This document shows positions 1-13,599 of a DNA stretch of 64,000 nucleotides, one piece after another. This DNA comes from the human T2T-CHM13v2.0 reference genome, Homo sapiens. Numbering within the stretch: the first letter of the stretch is position 1; every line of letters begins with the position of its first letter. Below the pieces are notes generated by a model. That model was not told the DNA's origin, searched no databases, and saw only the letters and a program-made list of their open reading frames with translations. The stretch lies in the NCBI RefSeq assembly GCF_009914755.1, contig NC_060929.1. One strand, written 5' to 3'. The translations under genes were made by a program, and so were the position numbers.

Positions 1-79
1 AGACATGATGACTAAGACAAACCTAAAAATAATGTCATATATTACTATATTTTGGATTCAACTAAGAATATTAATTACA

Positions 80-371
<292 letters not shown>

Positions 372-1342
372 TTATTATTATTATTATTATTATAAATACA
401 AATGTACAAAGTAATCTTGGGGAAAATATTACCACAGAATTTTTCTCTAGTAAAAATTATTGCCTGTATCCTCCTATGCTGACTTAATGGCCTGGCAGAG
501 AGGCATAGCTAAAAAATCTGACAGTGCATCTCTTCTGTGTATATTAACAGTAACAACAGTAATAATGATGGCAACCATTTCTTGAGTCACATCATGGTTT
601 AGGCCCTGTACTAAGGATTTCACTTATTTCATTTTCATTAATTCTTTTGTAAGTAGGTATGACTGTACTGCAGAGATGCGAAGATAAAACCTTTTTTTCA
701 TGTTTCAACATTCTTGTAATTGCATTTTACAATTGATAACATGTTTATTTACGTGGCAGTGTTATTTTTACTTCTTATGGGTATGTAAAAATAATGGCAT
801 ATCTCATGTTCAATGGCATTTTAAACTGGAAAAAATAGAGTATATGACTAAACCACTTGATAGAAAATCAGTCCCAGAGAGGTGAGGAATCTTAACAAGG
901 ATAAAGCTAACAGTGGTGCAGTCAGGGTTTAAATTCTGGTGGTCACGGGTCAGAGCCTATGCTCTTATCCACTGCACTAAACTCCTCCAATGACTAGCAT
1001 TCACTGAAGACTGCTCTGCACCAGTCTTGGGTGTCTGGATTATTTTATCCAGCCACCGCAATCACTCTGTGAGGGAGGTGCTATTAGTACTTCCATTTTA
1101 CAACTGAAAACTTAGGTAGGATTGTGAGATATGCTTTGTCTTTCAGGCACCCACAAGTGATGTTTTAGGATTTCCATGAGTGTAGAACAGCTGGTCCCAG
1201 AATTCTGTGCCTCTTCCAGCTAAATCGAGACAAAAATAGTGGCAAGGCAGTCACCAAGACACATCTGGGAAAATTCTGAAAGAACACGTATCAATATTTC
1301 ACCTGCTTGTCCACTCTGATTCTGTTTGCTTTCTCTTCCTAG

Positions 1343-1423
1343 GCTATCCAAAAAGACAGTTGTGAATCTAATCATAATATCACATGTAAAGTTGGATATC
1401 CCTTCCTGAGAAGAGGAGAGATG
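1343..1423 (+). CDS. ITGA1: Integrin alpha-1 coding exon (probably exon 20): AIQKDSCESNHNITCKVGYPFLRRGEM
   Basis: Polypyrimidine tract + AG at 1341-1342, GTGAG donor at 1424; 81 nt, phase 0-0; peptide matches the recalled ITGA1 calf region. Confidence 0.96.
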
Positions 1424-1565
1424 GTGAGCAGATCATACAAAATACATGTAGAAATTGAATATGAAAAGTAATATGTGCAAAGACAAATATATAAATCCTT
1501 CCAATGGTAGTTTAGGATAATACGGATGAAAAATGTTCAGTTCAAAATTGTGACAGATTGGAATA

Positions 1566-1973
1566 TGCTATGGTCAGAATGTTTGTGCCCCACCAAAATT
1601 CATATGTTAATACTTAATCCCCAATGTGATCGTAGTAAAAGATGAGGCCTTTAGGAGGTCAGTAGGTCCAGAGGGTGGAGCCCCCATGAGGGATTAGTGT
1701 CCTCATACGAGAGGCTTGAGGGAGACTGCTCACCCCTTCTACCATGTCAGAACACATAGCAGGTGCCATCTATGAGAACTGGGTGTTTCCAGACACTGAA
1801 TCTGTTGGTGCCTTGATCTTGGACTTCCCAACCCTCAGAACTGTGAGCAATATATTTCTGTTATTTATAAAATGCTTGGTATAAGGTATTTTGTACAAGG
1901 TATTTATAAATAACAGAAACATATTTAACAACCTTGTAACAATTCTTACACAGGCAAACTCGAACACCAAGAC
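1566..1973 (+). mobile_element. MaLR solo LTR (MLT1A/MSTD-like)
   Basis: TGCTATGGT...AATTCATATGTT start and GCCTTGATCTTGGACTTCCC...AGAACTGTGAG core typical of MaLR LTRs; 3' boundary approximate. Confidence 0.8.
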
Positions 1974-2164
1974 AAGATTTAAAATTTATACTACATAACA
2001 TATCTAATTTATACTACATAACATATCTGATAAAATGGAGCTGGGAAATTCTGTTATTGGAGTCTCCTAGGTAGTAGGTGTCTCTGGCCTTCAAGAAAAA
2101 GAATGCTTCAAATAGATTGGTTTAGAACTTAATCAGAAATTCTCCTTCCATCTCTCTCTTTCTA

Positions 2165-2410
2165 AAAAAAAATTGCCTTATTGAGATATAATTCACGTAG
2201 CATGGAGTTCACTCGTTGAAAGTGTGTATTTCAGTGGGTTTTAGTATATTCACCAAATTATAAATTGTACAGTCATTACGACAATTGATTTTAGAACATT
2301 TTCACACACCACAAAGAAGCCACGTATGCATTGGCAGTCACTCTGTTTTTCCTCAACAGCCTTTCTCCCAAGCCCAGGCAACCACTAACCTGCTTTCTTT
2401 TTCTATGGAA
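2165..2410 (-). mobile_element. Old L1M 3'-end fragment
   Basis: TTATTGAGATATAATTCAC...TTTTAGTATATTCAC...GGCAACCACTAA, typical antisense L1MB/ME 3' end. Confidence 0.7.
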
Positions 2411-2429
2411 CAAATTGAATTTCCAAATA

Positions 2430-2813
2430 TCAATTGACTTTTATTGGCAATTCTAGAATCAGGCAACACCTTATTCTGTAAAATAAAATGAATGGTGGAT
2501 GAGCTGAGGAGAGGAAGTTGACTTTATAGAGAGAAAAGGGCTGAAGAAAGCAGAAACAGAACGAAAAGTTGATTGGTCATTTCAAAGTTATTTTCCTTGT
2601 AAAAGTGAAAGCAGAGGGGATTTTCTTATCATGCTGTTTGAAACTGGCTTGATTGGGGATTTGGTGATTATCTCTCACTTTTCTCATCTCCCAAAAAGTC
2701 AGACAAATGACTTAATTTCGGCTTTGTGGTGTGGAACTTAAGCATTATTTAGTCTGTTGGGCCTAGAGCAAGAGCTGTCCAAACCAATGACCTCCTATAT
2801 GTTTTACTTAACA
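2430..2813 (-). mobile_element. ERV1-class LTR, MER31-like
   Basis: Reverse complement begins TGTTAAGTAAAACATATAGGAGGTCATTGGTTTGGAC, resembling the recalled MER31 5' end. Confidence 0.6.
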
Positions 2814-3168
2814 TGTTTCTTAGTCTATTCTGGCTGCTATAACTAAATACTATAAACTGAGTAGCTTAAAAGCCAGAAGTTTATTTCTCACAGTTCTGGA
2901 AGCTGGGAAGTCCAAAGTAAACACACTGGTAGATCTAGTGTCTGGTGAGGGCCCATTTCATGCTTCATAGAAGATGTCTTTTCAATGCATCCTGAGATAG
3001 CAGAACCAGGAAGGCAGCATTCTGAGTTACAAGGGTACTAATCCCACTCATGAGGGCTCTGCCCTTATGATCTCATCACCTGCCCAAAGGCCCCATCTCC
3101 TAATATCATCACATTAGTGTTTAGGTTTCAACACATGAATTTTGAGGGGAAACATTCACATTATAGCA
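2814..3168 (-). mobile_element. MaLR solo LTR (MLT1A-like)
   Basis: CTTAGTCTATTCTGGCTGCTATAAC...TTTATTTCTCACAGTTCTGGAAGCTGGGAAGTCCAA...TTTCAACACATGAATTTTG...ATAGCA. Confidence 0.85.
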
Positions 3169-3383
3169 ATATGTAAAACATGGTAGACATTCACATTGAA
3201 AAAGAATATGTATATTATATGTTATTCTATCTATTTTGAGATACAATAAGGTTTCATTTTGTAAGACAATGTTTCTCAAATAACTTCATAATTTGAGTTT
3301 AGGTAATGTCATTTATGGAAATTGAATATTTTAGTCAAAGTAAATTTCTTATCTGTTACTAAAGACATATTTTTATTTTATAG

Positions 3384-3460
3384 GTAACTTTCAAAATATT
3401 GTTTCAGTTTAACACATCCTATCTCATGGAAAATGTGACCATTTATTTAAGTGCAACAAG
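3384..3460 (+). CDS. ITGA1: Integrin alpha-1 coding exon (probably exon 21): VTFKILFQFNTSYLMENVTIYLSAT(S)
   Basis: TTTTATTTTATAG acceptor, AAG|GTTGGT donor; 77 nt, phase 0-2; continues the frame of the previous exon. Confidence 0.95.
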
Positions 3461-4939
3461 GTTGGTTTACATGTGTATAAATGTATGTATATGAATGTAT
3501 ATTGCTTCTTCTGTGTATGTCGAATATTTTGCTCTATAAACTCACTGACAGTTTCTTCCAGGTTGTAGGAGATCAGTAGAAGTGGAAGGCAATTAACCAC
3601 TTTGCTTCACAAAAACACCCTTAAGAATAATTAGCAAAATAAAGAAATTTTCATTTAATAGAAATAATTCACCTAGATTAAAGCAATGGTTCTATGAGCT
3701 ATAGAAGATACCATAATCACACATCATTTATATCTGCCAAATTGCATTTAAATTCATAAAAAATTTACTGATAATTTAAAAACTTTCACTGGCTGCCCAT
3801 CAAGGTCAAATGAATCATTAGATGGACTTAAAGTTTTATGATATCCTTTTGTAATTTAATATACTTTATTCAAATCAGTCAGTACTTCTGAAAGGTATCA
3901 TAGAACACACAGACTAACAACAGCAAAGGCTCAATAAGGAAAGTGAAATAGTGGTCTAACTTTCTTCTAATTGTAATTATCCACTGACCTGTCTGCAGTG
4001 AGATGGTGTCTTTTACTGTTTTATTCACAGTGACTAGCATTGTGCCTGCCATATTATAATCACTACATAGATGTAGACGAAATGAATAAATTAGAGAAAT
4101 GAATTAATGGATTAATTAATTCTGTATGTTCAAGTCAACTCAACAAATATTTATTTGACATCTATTATGCACAAGATATTGAGTTAGTCACTGTAAGGAA
4201 TATAAAAATTACTAAGGGCATGAAACTCCTCATAGGGTAAGTATTACAGTAGGGGGTTGAGTCTAGTATAAAATTATTGTAACCTGGGATAGAATAAAAA
4301 CACTCCATTATAGAGATAGAAAGCTTTGTCAGAAAATTAATAGAAGCTGAAATAATATCTACTTGGCAATGGGAACCCAAGAAAGCTTTATCAAGGAACT
4401 TATAATTGAGAAAGACCTTGAAGGGTAGATAGCATTTCACAGAGAGGTCACTGAATAGCACCAGGTGGAGCATTTCAGGCAAAATATATAGCTTGATTAA
4501 AAAGGTTATCAATTTTAGCTGAAATATAAAGAATACATAAAGTAGCAATGAAAATAAACAGGGAGTGTGCATTCTATCATATTACACTAGGTACTGAATG
4601 TCAGTCAAGGTATTATTTCTTAATTGAACAGACCTTGAAAAGCCAGTAAAGTTTTTGAGAGGTAAAGTCATCTGTACAGAGCTGCTGCTTATGGAGATGA
4701 ATTTAGGAAGGCTGCAGTGTGGAATGGGTGAGAGAAAAGGGGACCATTCATGCTAAGAGCTGAGTCACACAAATACCTATAATCCAAGGCAGCATGCTGC
4801 TTTCTCTGTCCTGCTGCTTATGAGCCACTTTATACATTTGGGAATAAGCAGAGCCATTAAAAAGTACTCTTATGCCCATTCTGTGAGACAATATGTTAGG
4901 TGCTTGGTCAGTTGGTGGAGGGGTATGTGTAAAATAATA

Positions 4940-5150
4940 ATGAAAGCTAACACTTACTGAATATTTCCTATGTCCTAGGCACAATCTTAAGCACTTTATA
5001 CTTATTACTAATTTAATCATCATTTATTACTCATTTGATATCCCATTTTATAGATGAAGAAACCAAAACAAAGACAGATAAGTAATTTGACCAAAGTGTA
5101 TCAGTGTCCAAGAACAATCTCATTCTCTGGCCCCAGAGCCAGTGTTCATT
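4940..5150 (-). mobile_element. MIR SINE
   Basis: CCCATTTTATAGATGAAGAAAC...AAGTAATTTGACCAAAGT MIR core, antisense. Confidence 0.7.
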
Positions 5151-5805
5151 ACTCGTTATATCATTTGTATGTGTTTTCTAATACGAGGAAGTATGTATAT
5201 GTGTGTATGCACATATATACATGTGTTTACATAATATATAATTTAAATGATAACCAAAATCAAGAGAATAAATCAGTGCTTAACAAACAATATGATCATC
5301 AAGTACTTAGTATGGAAAGACTATTAAAGAAGAAAACAAAAGATTTTAGATTTACTCTCAGCTGTGTGACCCTAATCACTTATCTTTACTAAGTCCTCAT
5401 CTGTGATAAATAAGCATCACCTGGGGGCAGATATGTGGTTAAAAACAGAAATTCCTGCACCCCAAGTTGGAACCCCTAAATCCATATTTCTAAGGGAAGC
5501 CCAGTAACCTTTGTATTTTAACAATTAAACTGAGGGATTCTTATCAATATTGTCATAGAATTTTGAAAAACATAAATCAGTGTGATTGTCAAGTCTAGTC
5601 GCACATCAGAATCAACTTGGGAACTTTCAACCATACCAATCATCTCTGATCTCCTTCTTCACCCCAATTAAAAAAATGATTAAAAATTATACTCTTACAT
5701 GCTTTTATTTAGTTGCCAGGATAAGCTTCTCTTTCAAACACTTAGAAATGTCTTTAAATAGTCAAGATTTTAATGGTTTGTCTGAATGTGCCGTGTATTT
5801 TCTAG

Positions 5806-5895
5806 TGACAGCGAAGAACCTCCTGAAACCCTTTCTGATAATGTAGTAAACATTTCTATCCCGGTAAAATATGAAGTTGGACTACAGTTTTACAG
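5806..5895 (+). CDS. ITGA1: Integrin alpha-1 coding exon (probably exon 22): (S)DSEEPPETLSDNVVNISIPVKYEVGLQFY(S)
   Basis: TTTTCTAG acceptor, CAG|GTAGG donor; 90 nt, phase 2-2. Confidence 0.96.
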
Positions 5896-5939
5896 GTAGG
5901 AGAAAACTACATTTTTATGTGGATGCCTTTCTATTAACC

Positions 5940-6110
5940 CAGTGGTTCTGAAAGTGTGGTCCCTGCCTGGCCAAGGGCATCAGCATCACCTGGAAACTTG
6001 TTAGGCAAATTCTCTGGCCCCACCAGAAACCTACCAAATCAGAAACTCGGAGGATGGGGTTAAACAAGCCTTCCAGGTAATTCTCATGCATCCTAATGTT
6101 TGAGAACCAT
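5940..6110. mobile_element. MER5A hAT-Charlie MITE; further MER5-like fragments at about 5410-5635
   Basis: Terminal inverted repeats CAGTGGTTCT...AGAACCATT; internal AGCATCACCTGG(A/G)AACTTGTTAG motif. Confidence 0.8.
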
Positions 6111-6554
6111 TATACTAAATAACCCAAAGTGTTAGGTGTTAGTGATACCGGATTGCATTTGCTGTCCAGTCTTAATTCCCGAATGCAAGTTGAAGACCCA
6201 GAAGTCCTTCGCAAAACACGATATTTTCTTAGAGGCCGCCAGCATATTTCTTGGTCATCGTTCTCATCCTGTGGAAGCTGATCAGTCTTCTCAATCTGGA
6301 CACACAAGATTAAAGCATTTCTCATTGATAAGAGCTGTTTATTTCTTCCACCATTCATAAACCATTCTTTCTCTTAAGAACTTCTTATCTATCCCAACAC
6401 AAACCATGTTGACAAACTTTCCCTCTATAATTTCCCCTGCTTAAGCAGAACTCCAAGCTTTTGCCAAATAAACATGTGCAATATACTTAAAAGGATAAGA
6501 ATCAGTGGCAAGTAGGTTTATTCTAAAAGTCTTATCATTTTATTAATTTTTTAA

Positions 6555-6720
6555 TAATAGTGGCTAACATTTATTGAGCCTTTGTGTTCTGTCTTATGTG
6601 ATCCTCATGATAACACTATGGTTCAAATACAACTACTATCTCCATTTTCCAGTTGAAGAATTTGAGGTTCAGAGAGGCTAATTTACCCAAGGTTATATAT
6701 TCAGGAAGTGTTAGTTTAAA
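6555..6720 (-). mobile_element. MIR SINE
   Basis: GCTAACATTTATTGAG...CCATTTTCCAGTTGAAGAATTTGAGGTTCAGAGAGG. Confidence 0.65.
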
Positions 6721-7652
6721 CCATTTCACATGCTTTTTTTTTTCTTTTAATTTAAAAACTGTTTTAAATTGACACGTAATAATTGTACATATTTATAAGG
6801 CGCTTGGAGACGTTGTGATGCAAGTAATATATAGCAACTAAACAGGGTAATTGGAACATCCATTGTCTCAAACATTTATCTTTTTTTTGTATTGGGAACA
6901 TTCAATATCTTCTTTCTGGCTTAATAATTTATTATCTATGGCACTCTCTCTTTACTAAATGGAGACTACAAAAATGGCATGATTATAGGACATACATGTA
7001 GATTGTGCTAATATTTCTCAGCCTTTAAATTCTGTCTCCACTTTTCTGTATTTTTCTGTATCCACTTCTATTGGTGCACTGACTTTTCCCCAAGAGTTTT
7101 CCATTTACTTAAAATCAAATTTTGGCAAACACTTATAAATATTTTTTGTCTTCCCTTGACTGAAGTGCTGCTTAAAAACATACTATTTTACTCTACCAAG
7201 TTCATCCAAAGAACATGATGAAGCTGTGTAGAGAAGATTGAACTTTTAAGTTTAGCAGTAAATATAGGACTTTAAATTATGAAATGGTAAAAATTTTTAA
7301 TCTATTTAGAATTCAGCATTACATTTTAGTTTCATTTTTCACTAGGTATAAATGGTATTAGTGAATTTACAGAAACTTTTCACTTGTTAACCATGAAATT
7401 TTAACTTTTAAAACTCATATTCTAGCATTTTGGGGTCAAATAAGCATCAGTGACTATTGAACTAAATTACATAATCCTTCTCACTCTCCTCAAAGATTTA
7501 ATTTTACGTTTCAAGGTAAATGAATTCCCCTATGATTTGAAATCCCTACAAGTATTTTTGTGGAATTACATGATATGGAGAAAGAAAATAATGAGGCCAA
7601 ATAAAAGTTAAACTTTGTTATGTTTTATTTTTCTTCTAATTAATTTTTTAAG

Positions 7653-7755
7653 CTCTGCAAGTGAATACCACATTTCAATTGCTGCCAATGAGACAGTCCC
7701 TGAAGTTATTAATTCTACTGAGGACATTGGAAATGAAATTAATATCTTCTACTTG
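7653..7755 (+). CDS. ITGA1: Integrin alpha-1 coding exon (probably exon 23): (S)SASEYHISIAANETVPEVINSTEDIGNEINIFYL
   Basis: T-rich tract + AAG acceptor, TTG|GTAAG donor; 103 nt, phase 2-0. Confidence 0.96.
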
Positions 7756-9224
7756 GTAAGAAATTACCTCTAAAATAGTATTCTAAAGGAGTTATTTGTA
7801 AATATATAAATTAAAGTATTAACAGACACATAAAAATATGTTGCTTCAATGTTTAATCTCTATATTCCAGCATATTTTCTTTATAATTTCATAAATATAA
7901 ATATAGACATATAATATATAAATATAATTTTCAATTTATATTTTTCTTTATAATTTCACTGAAGATTTAAATTTGTTGTAATTATATTTTCACATCAGTT
8001 TAGAGATCTAAGCCTCTAATTTCCTCAAAATAAGATACCACTAGAATGACTTTCTAGAAAAAAAAAATAAACTATGGGACTAGATAGATGCTACCGATAA
8101 ACCTGTAGACTTTACTTACATTATTTTATCAGTGTGACTGAGAAAAGCACTTTTTCATTAATTATGACTATATCAGAAATTTGTTATCACAATTGTCTTG
8201 GCAATTTTTTTTACTTAACAAATAAGTATGTATCACATTCTCCTTATTGTTACCTTTCACATGCATTGTACTATAAATTACTCATGTTGGTACTACCACC
8301 TCCTTAAATGATGTTTTCTATTACATTTATTTTTCCTTTTAAATCCTTCATAACAAACTCTATACCACTATAGCAAACAATCACGGAATTTTATTTTAGG
8401 TAATGCCTAGTTACTGACACAGACTCAAGTTAAAATCACTCAAGGAAAAAAGAGAGCACAATTCAAATAATGGATTTAAATATGTATTCAAAAATATGAG
8501 ATAATGCAACAAAATTATAAATGAAGACAGCCTCAATCCTTTTGGGAATTGCCAACCACAAAAAAAAGTTCTCTCATAGAGTATAAATAAACGTATACTC
8601 CCAAGATTAATTTCATTTTTTAAAATTTGTACTCTTTGCTAGAATTCCTATGACAATTTATGCTAATTTCCCTGGAAATTAGCATAAATGCCAATCACTC
8701 TACTGGATTCTAGGACAGATTTTTGGAATTCAGGCTATCAGATTTCTCCAGCCCTATTCACTTTCCCTGAACTAGAAAATTCAGCAAAAAAAGAAAGAAA
8801 ACAAAAAGACTTTGTTGCAGAACTTTATATATTGTAACTTATTAGGGTCCAGATTTGAAATAGGTACTCTCTCTTATAAAAGTGTTGATATGAATTACAT
8901 TGCTAAGAATATTCCTGAGCATAAAACTTTGTGTGTATCTCTGATTATTTTGCTGAAGTAAATTCTAGAATTGGAATAAAGGAGTTTTTTAAAAGAACTT
9001 TTTTTAAGGTGAAACCCGGTAAGTTTACTGCTCGGAATTTTCCCTAGGAAATTTTTGGTGATAGAAACAAAGATTTCAGGGATGTTCTTAACAATATTAT
9101 TTATAATAGTTTAAAAATTAAAGCCTGGGCACAATCTAAACACTTAACACAATGAAATTACTTACATTATCATATATTTAGTGAAGAGATTATCATATAT
9201 TCAATGGAGAGACAACGTAATATT

Positions 9225-9440
9225 TTAGAAGGCACATTTTGGAGTAAGAAACCATAATGCTGCTATTTACTAGCTTTGTGATCTTGGAAGTTCTTAATTT
9301 TCATTCCAACCTTCTTACCTCATAGATAAAACAAAGATAATATGAGGATCTGCTTCCTGCAGTTGTTAACAGGGTTAAAAGCAATAATGCATATAAGAAG
9401 ATTAGCACAGCATGTGGCACATAGTCAACAATATTGATAT
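9225..9440 (+). mobile_element. MIR SINE
   Basis: ATTTACTAGCTTTGTGATCTTGGAAG...TGGCACATAGT core. Confidence 0.65.
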
Positions 9441-9621
9441 TGTGGTTGTTATGAACAGTCATATTCTCAATAAACTTATACATTTAAAGGAAAATGCCAT
9501 AGCATAATACATTTTACAGACAGGGTACAAAACTGTATTTTATTGTGTTACAAATTTTATAAATATGCATATATGCAAATAGGACAGGTAACCTACACTA
9601 AAATGTTACCAAGGTAGTTGA

Positions 9622-10035
<414 letters not shown>

Positions 10036-11160
10036 AGAACACAGGATTTCTAACTGAATATCAGGAAACAGAATTTGACTGGAAATCAAGAAGATAAGAG
10101 TTAGGGAGCATGTTTAAGGGTCCAGGTGCAGCTGGTCAGGAACCTCCAGAATTCCAGAATTAAAGGATGTATTTCGTCTTTACAAACCCAGGAAACTGCT
10201 TCAGATCTGAGGAGCTCTCAGTCTGGAAGGCTCAGTTGGGTAGATCACTGGCTTTCCTTGGGTCTATCTATGTAGATCAAGGCGTTCCCTACCCAGCTAA
10301 AGAAGCTGCACAGGGATGCCATAGGTTTCAGGCCTGCAGATTATGCTTCAGCAGTAGGAAGGGGACAACTGCATCTGGTTGTCCCAGTTCAGTTGTACCT
10401 TTTAAGCAGGGAAGGACCTCTGGATAGTGAGTTCAGTTTCCTGTTGAACTTTATCCTGCCCACCTTTCCCTCTGAGCTACACTCACTACTGGTAGCAGAA
10501 CATGATACTAAGTGGAAACTTTGGGTTAGTGGATAAAATCGAATGGAGACTGAGATGAAAGTAAATCTGACTCTCATAAAACCAGATTATCAACAGCCAG
10601 TGTCACGGTAGCCCTAGCTGGGGGTAGAATTGTGAAGGGAAGCAGATGGGAGTCTGGTTTTCCTGTATAGTGGTGGCAGATCCCATCTAGCCAGGATTAG
10701 AGATGATTTATGGGTTTAAGGAATTATGGCAAACTGGGTAAAGGCAACCAAAAATCTAAATTGTTCCGTGGTCTCCCTTCTTTCCAGTTTCAAAAAGACT
10801 GGTATGTTAAAAAAAAAAAAAAGAAAGAAAAAGAAAAGAATGAGCATGGCAAGAACATAATAACAGACAAAAACTTCCAATTCTGGTCTTCTGTTAATCC
10901 TAGGTCTATTAAGAGAATGGGGGATGGAGGAACAATATGATTATAGCTGATACATACGGCTACTGACCATTAAGTGTCCATATTTTCTGCTGGCTGAATT
11001 ATGCCAATTCTCTGTACAGCACCATAAAGGATCTACATTTGTTTGGGGATTCAAAATATTACACAATTTACTTCATCAGCTAGAAAACAAAGCCCTACAT
11101 AAGACAGAAGAATTCTATTAAAAGAGGAAGAAAGATTACATTTCCATTTTTTTCTTGTAG

Positions 11161-11274
11161 ATTAGAAAAAGTGGATCTTTTCCAATGCCAGAGCTTAAGC
11201 TGTCAATTTCATTCCCCAATATGACATCAAATGGTTACCCTGTGCTGTACCCAACTGGATTGTCATCTTCTGAG
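11161..11274 (+). CDS. ITGA1: Integrin alpha-1 coding exon (probably exon 24): IRKSGSFPMPELKLSISFPNMTSNGYPVLYPTGLSSSE
   Basis: TTTTTCTTGTAG acceptor, GAG|GTAAGT donor; 114 nt, phase 0-0. Confidence 0.97.
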
Positions 11275-11424
11275 GTAAGTCATGTGTGCCTTGGAATTAT
11301 GTCATTACTGTTATCTTTTCCACTTTATGTTTAAGCCTTTTGTTCTGCATGATACTTGTAATAAAGAATTTTACCAAAGTAACATGGAGAGGTATTTAGA
11401 TAATTAAAAGCAAATAATAATAGA

Positions 11425-11889
11425 TGTATTATTCCCTAGAGCTGCTGTAACAAATTATCACAAATTGAGTGACTTAAAACAACACAAATTTATTCTTTCA
11501 CGGTTCTGGAGTCCAGAAGTCCAAAATCAAGGTGTTGACAGTGTTAATTCCCTCTGGAGGCTCCAAGAGAGACTCTTTCTCATGCTGTTTTCCTAGCTTC
11601 TGGTGACAACTGGCAACCCTAGTCGTTCCTTGGCTTGCGGCAGCATAGCTCCTATCTCTGCCTCTGTCTTCACCTGGCCTTCTCTGTGTTTCTATGTGTT
11701 CTCCTTCTCTCTTTGTGTTTCTGCACACTCACCATTAGATTTAGGGTCCACCCTAAATCCAGAGTGATCTCATCTGGAGATCCTTAATATAATTATGTCT
11801 GCAAAGACCCTATTTCCAAGTAAAGTCATATTTACTAGTTCTAGGGAGATTTAGGCATATCTTTGGGGACCACTATTCAATCCACTAGA
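11425..11889 (-). mobile_element. MaLR solo LTR (MLT1B/C-like)
   Basis: GCTGCTGTAACAAATTATCACAAATTGAGTGACTTAAAACAAC...GCAAAGACCCTATTTCCAAGTAAAGTCA. Confidence 0.85.
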
Positions 11890-12645
11890 GTAGATTTTAA
11901 ATAATTCATTGTTATGAAATGTTTCTTACACTTTTCCTTGATTTGTGGTAATCAAACAACTCTATAAAGTGACTTCTTAATTGTACCTAAGCATGCACAG
12001 CTGCAAACAAAATAGTATAATTGTATTTACTCACATCCCAAATAATAGCAATATTGCACCCCCTTTATATTTTTAGCTTGAATGAGACTATATGATGGTT
12101 CATTATGGTTTAGTGCCTAAAACAAAAAATCACCATAAGTATTGAATTAATGTGTGCATGATGTCAGAATTTGGAAATCTGTCTTTTCATGCATTTTTTA
12201 AAGTGTTCCCAGAAATCAAGAAATAGCAACAATGCTAATTGGCTTGTGATCACTTAAATGTTTTCCTAAGGGCAAGGAAAAAATAAGCCTTTGGAATTTC
12301 CCTCTAATCCAAAAAAGCAGGTTTGTGAAAATCCAGAAGAGAAAAAAAAATTGTACTTTTCATACTGCTTAGGAAACTTTAATCTTATTAACTTTTGTCA
12401 AGGATATTGACAGTACTGGGGAAGCAAAAGGTTTACTAGGTTAAGTCTAGAACCAGCTATCTTATAAATATAGCATTTTAACATAATATATTAACATCTA
12501 TAGGGCTGTCTGCTTACGTCTACCTCCCATGTAGACTGAGTGTCTTATCCTTGGTGTGTAGGGAATCAAAAGTATTACTGGATGAATACATAAATACAGA
12601 TGAAGGTCTCTCGCTTTTCAATTGTTTCATGAGCCATAATATTGA

Positions 12646-13014
<369 letters not shown>

Positions 13015-13349
13015 TAGAATTTATAAGCTTATCTTTGATTAAGGTAATAATGAATGTATTAATCACGTAATAGTAAGTTCTATTAGCATTCTTTCTTTTC
13101 CATTACAACCTCACTAGTTTCCATTACAATTCAAAAGTAGCATGGTAAGAGTACATATTATCTTGGGGTGGATATATATGTATGTATGGCTGGTGCATAA
13201 CAACCTTTCCCATACAGCACACTTACAAAGATGGATCTCTAATATATGGCAATGGCTGTCATTCACAGATTCTTTACACTACTGCAGCAAGTCATGTTTT
13301 TCCTCTGATATCTGGCATTGTCTGATAAATGTAATATTTTCATTTCTAG

Positions 13350-13451
13350 AATGCAAACTGCAGACCCCATATCTTTGAGGATCCTTTCAGTATCAACTCT
13401 GGAAAGAAAATGACTACATCAACTGACCATCTCAAACGAGGCACAATTCTG
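13350..13451 (+). CDS. ITGA1: Integrin alpha-1 coding exon (probably exon 25): NANCRPHIFEDPFSINSGKKMTTSTDHLKRGTIL
   Basis: TTTCTAG acceptor, CTG|GTAAAT donor; 102 nt, phase 0-0. Confidence 0.96.
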
Positions 13452-13599
13452 GTAAATTAAGACAAGTGCTATTTTTACCTTTTGCTTTCCAAATGAATAA
13501 AATTGATATCAATCTAGAAATAACCATCTGAAGAATTTAAATATAGATATTTGATAAAACGGCAAGAATACTGATATGTATCTCTGGACATTTAAACAG

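Noticed and set aside
4165-4572. 135-aa hydrophobic minus-strand ORF
   Set aside because: AT-rich composition artefact in L2-like intronic sequence; no splice or domain support
5410-6110. MER5 fragments on both sides of an ITGA1 exon as a possible exon-looping structure
   Set aside because: Short, old and diverged; MER5 is very common, so the placement is probably chance
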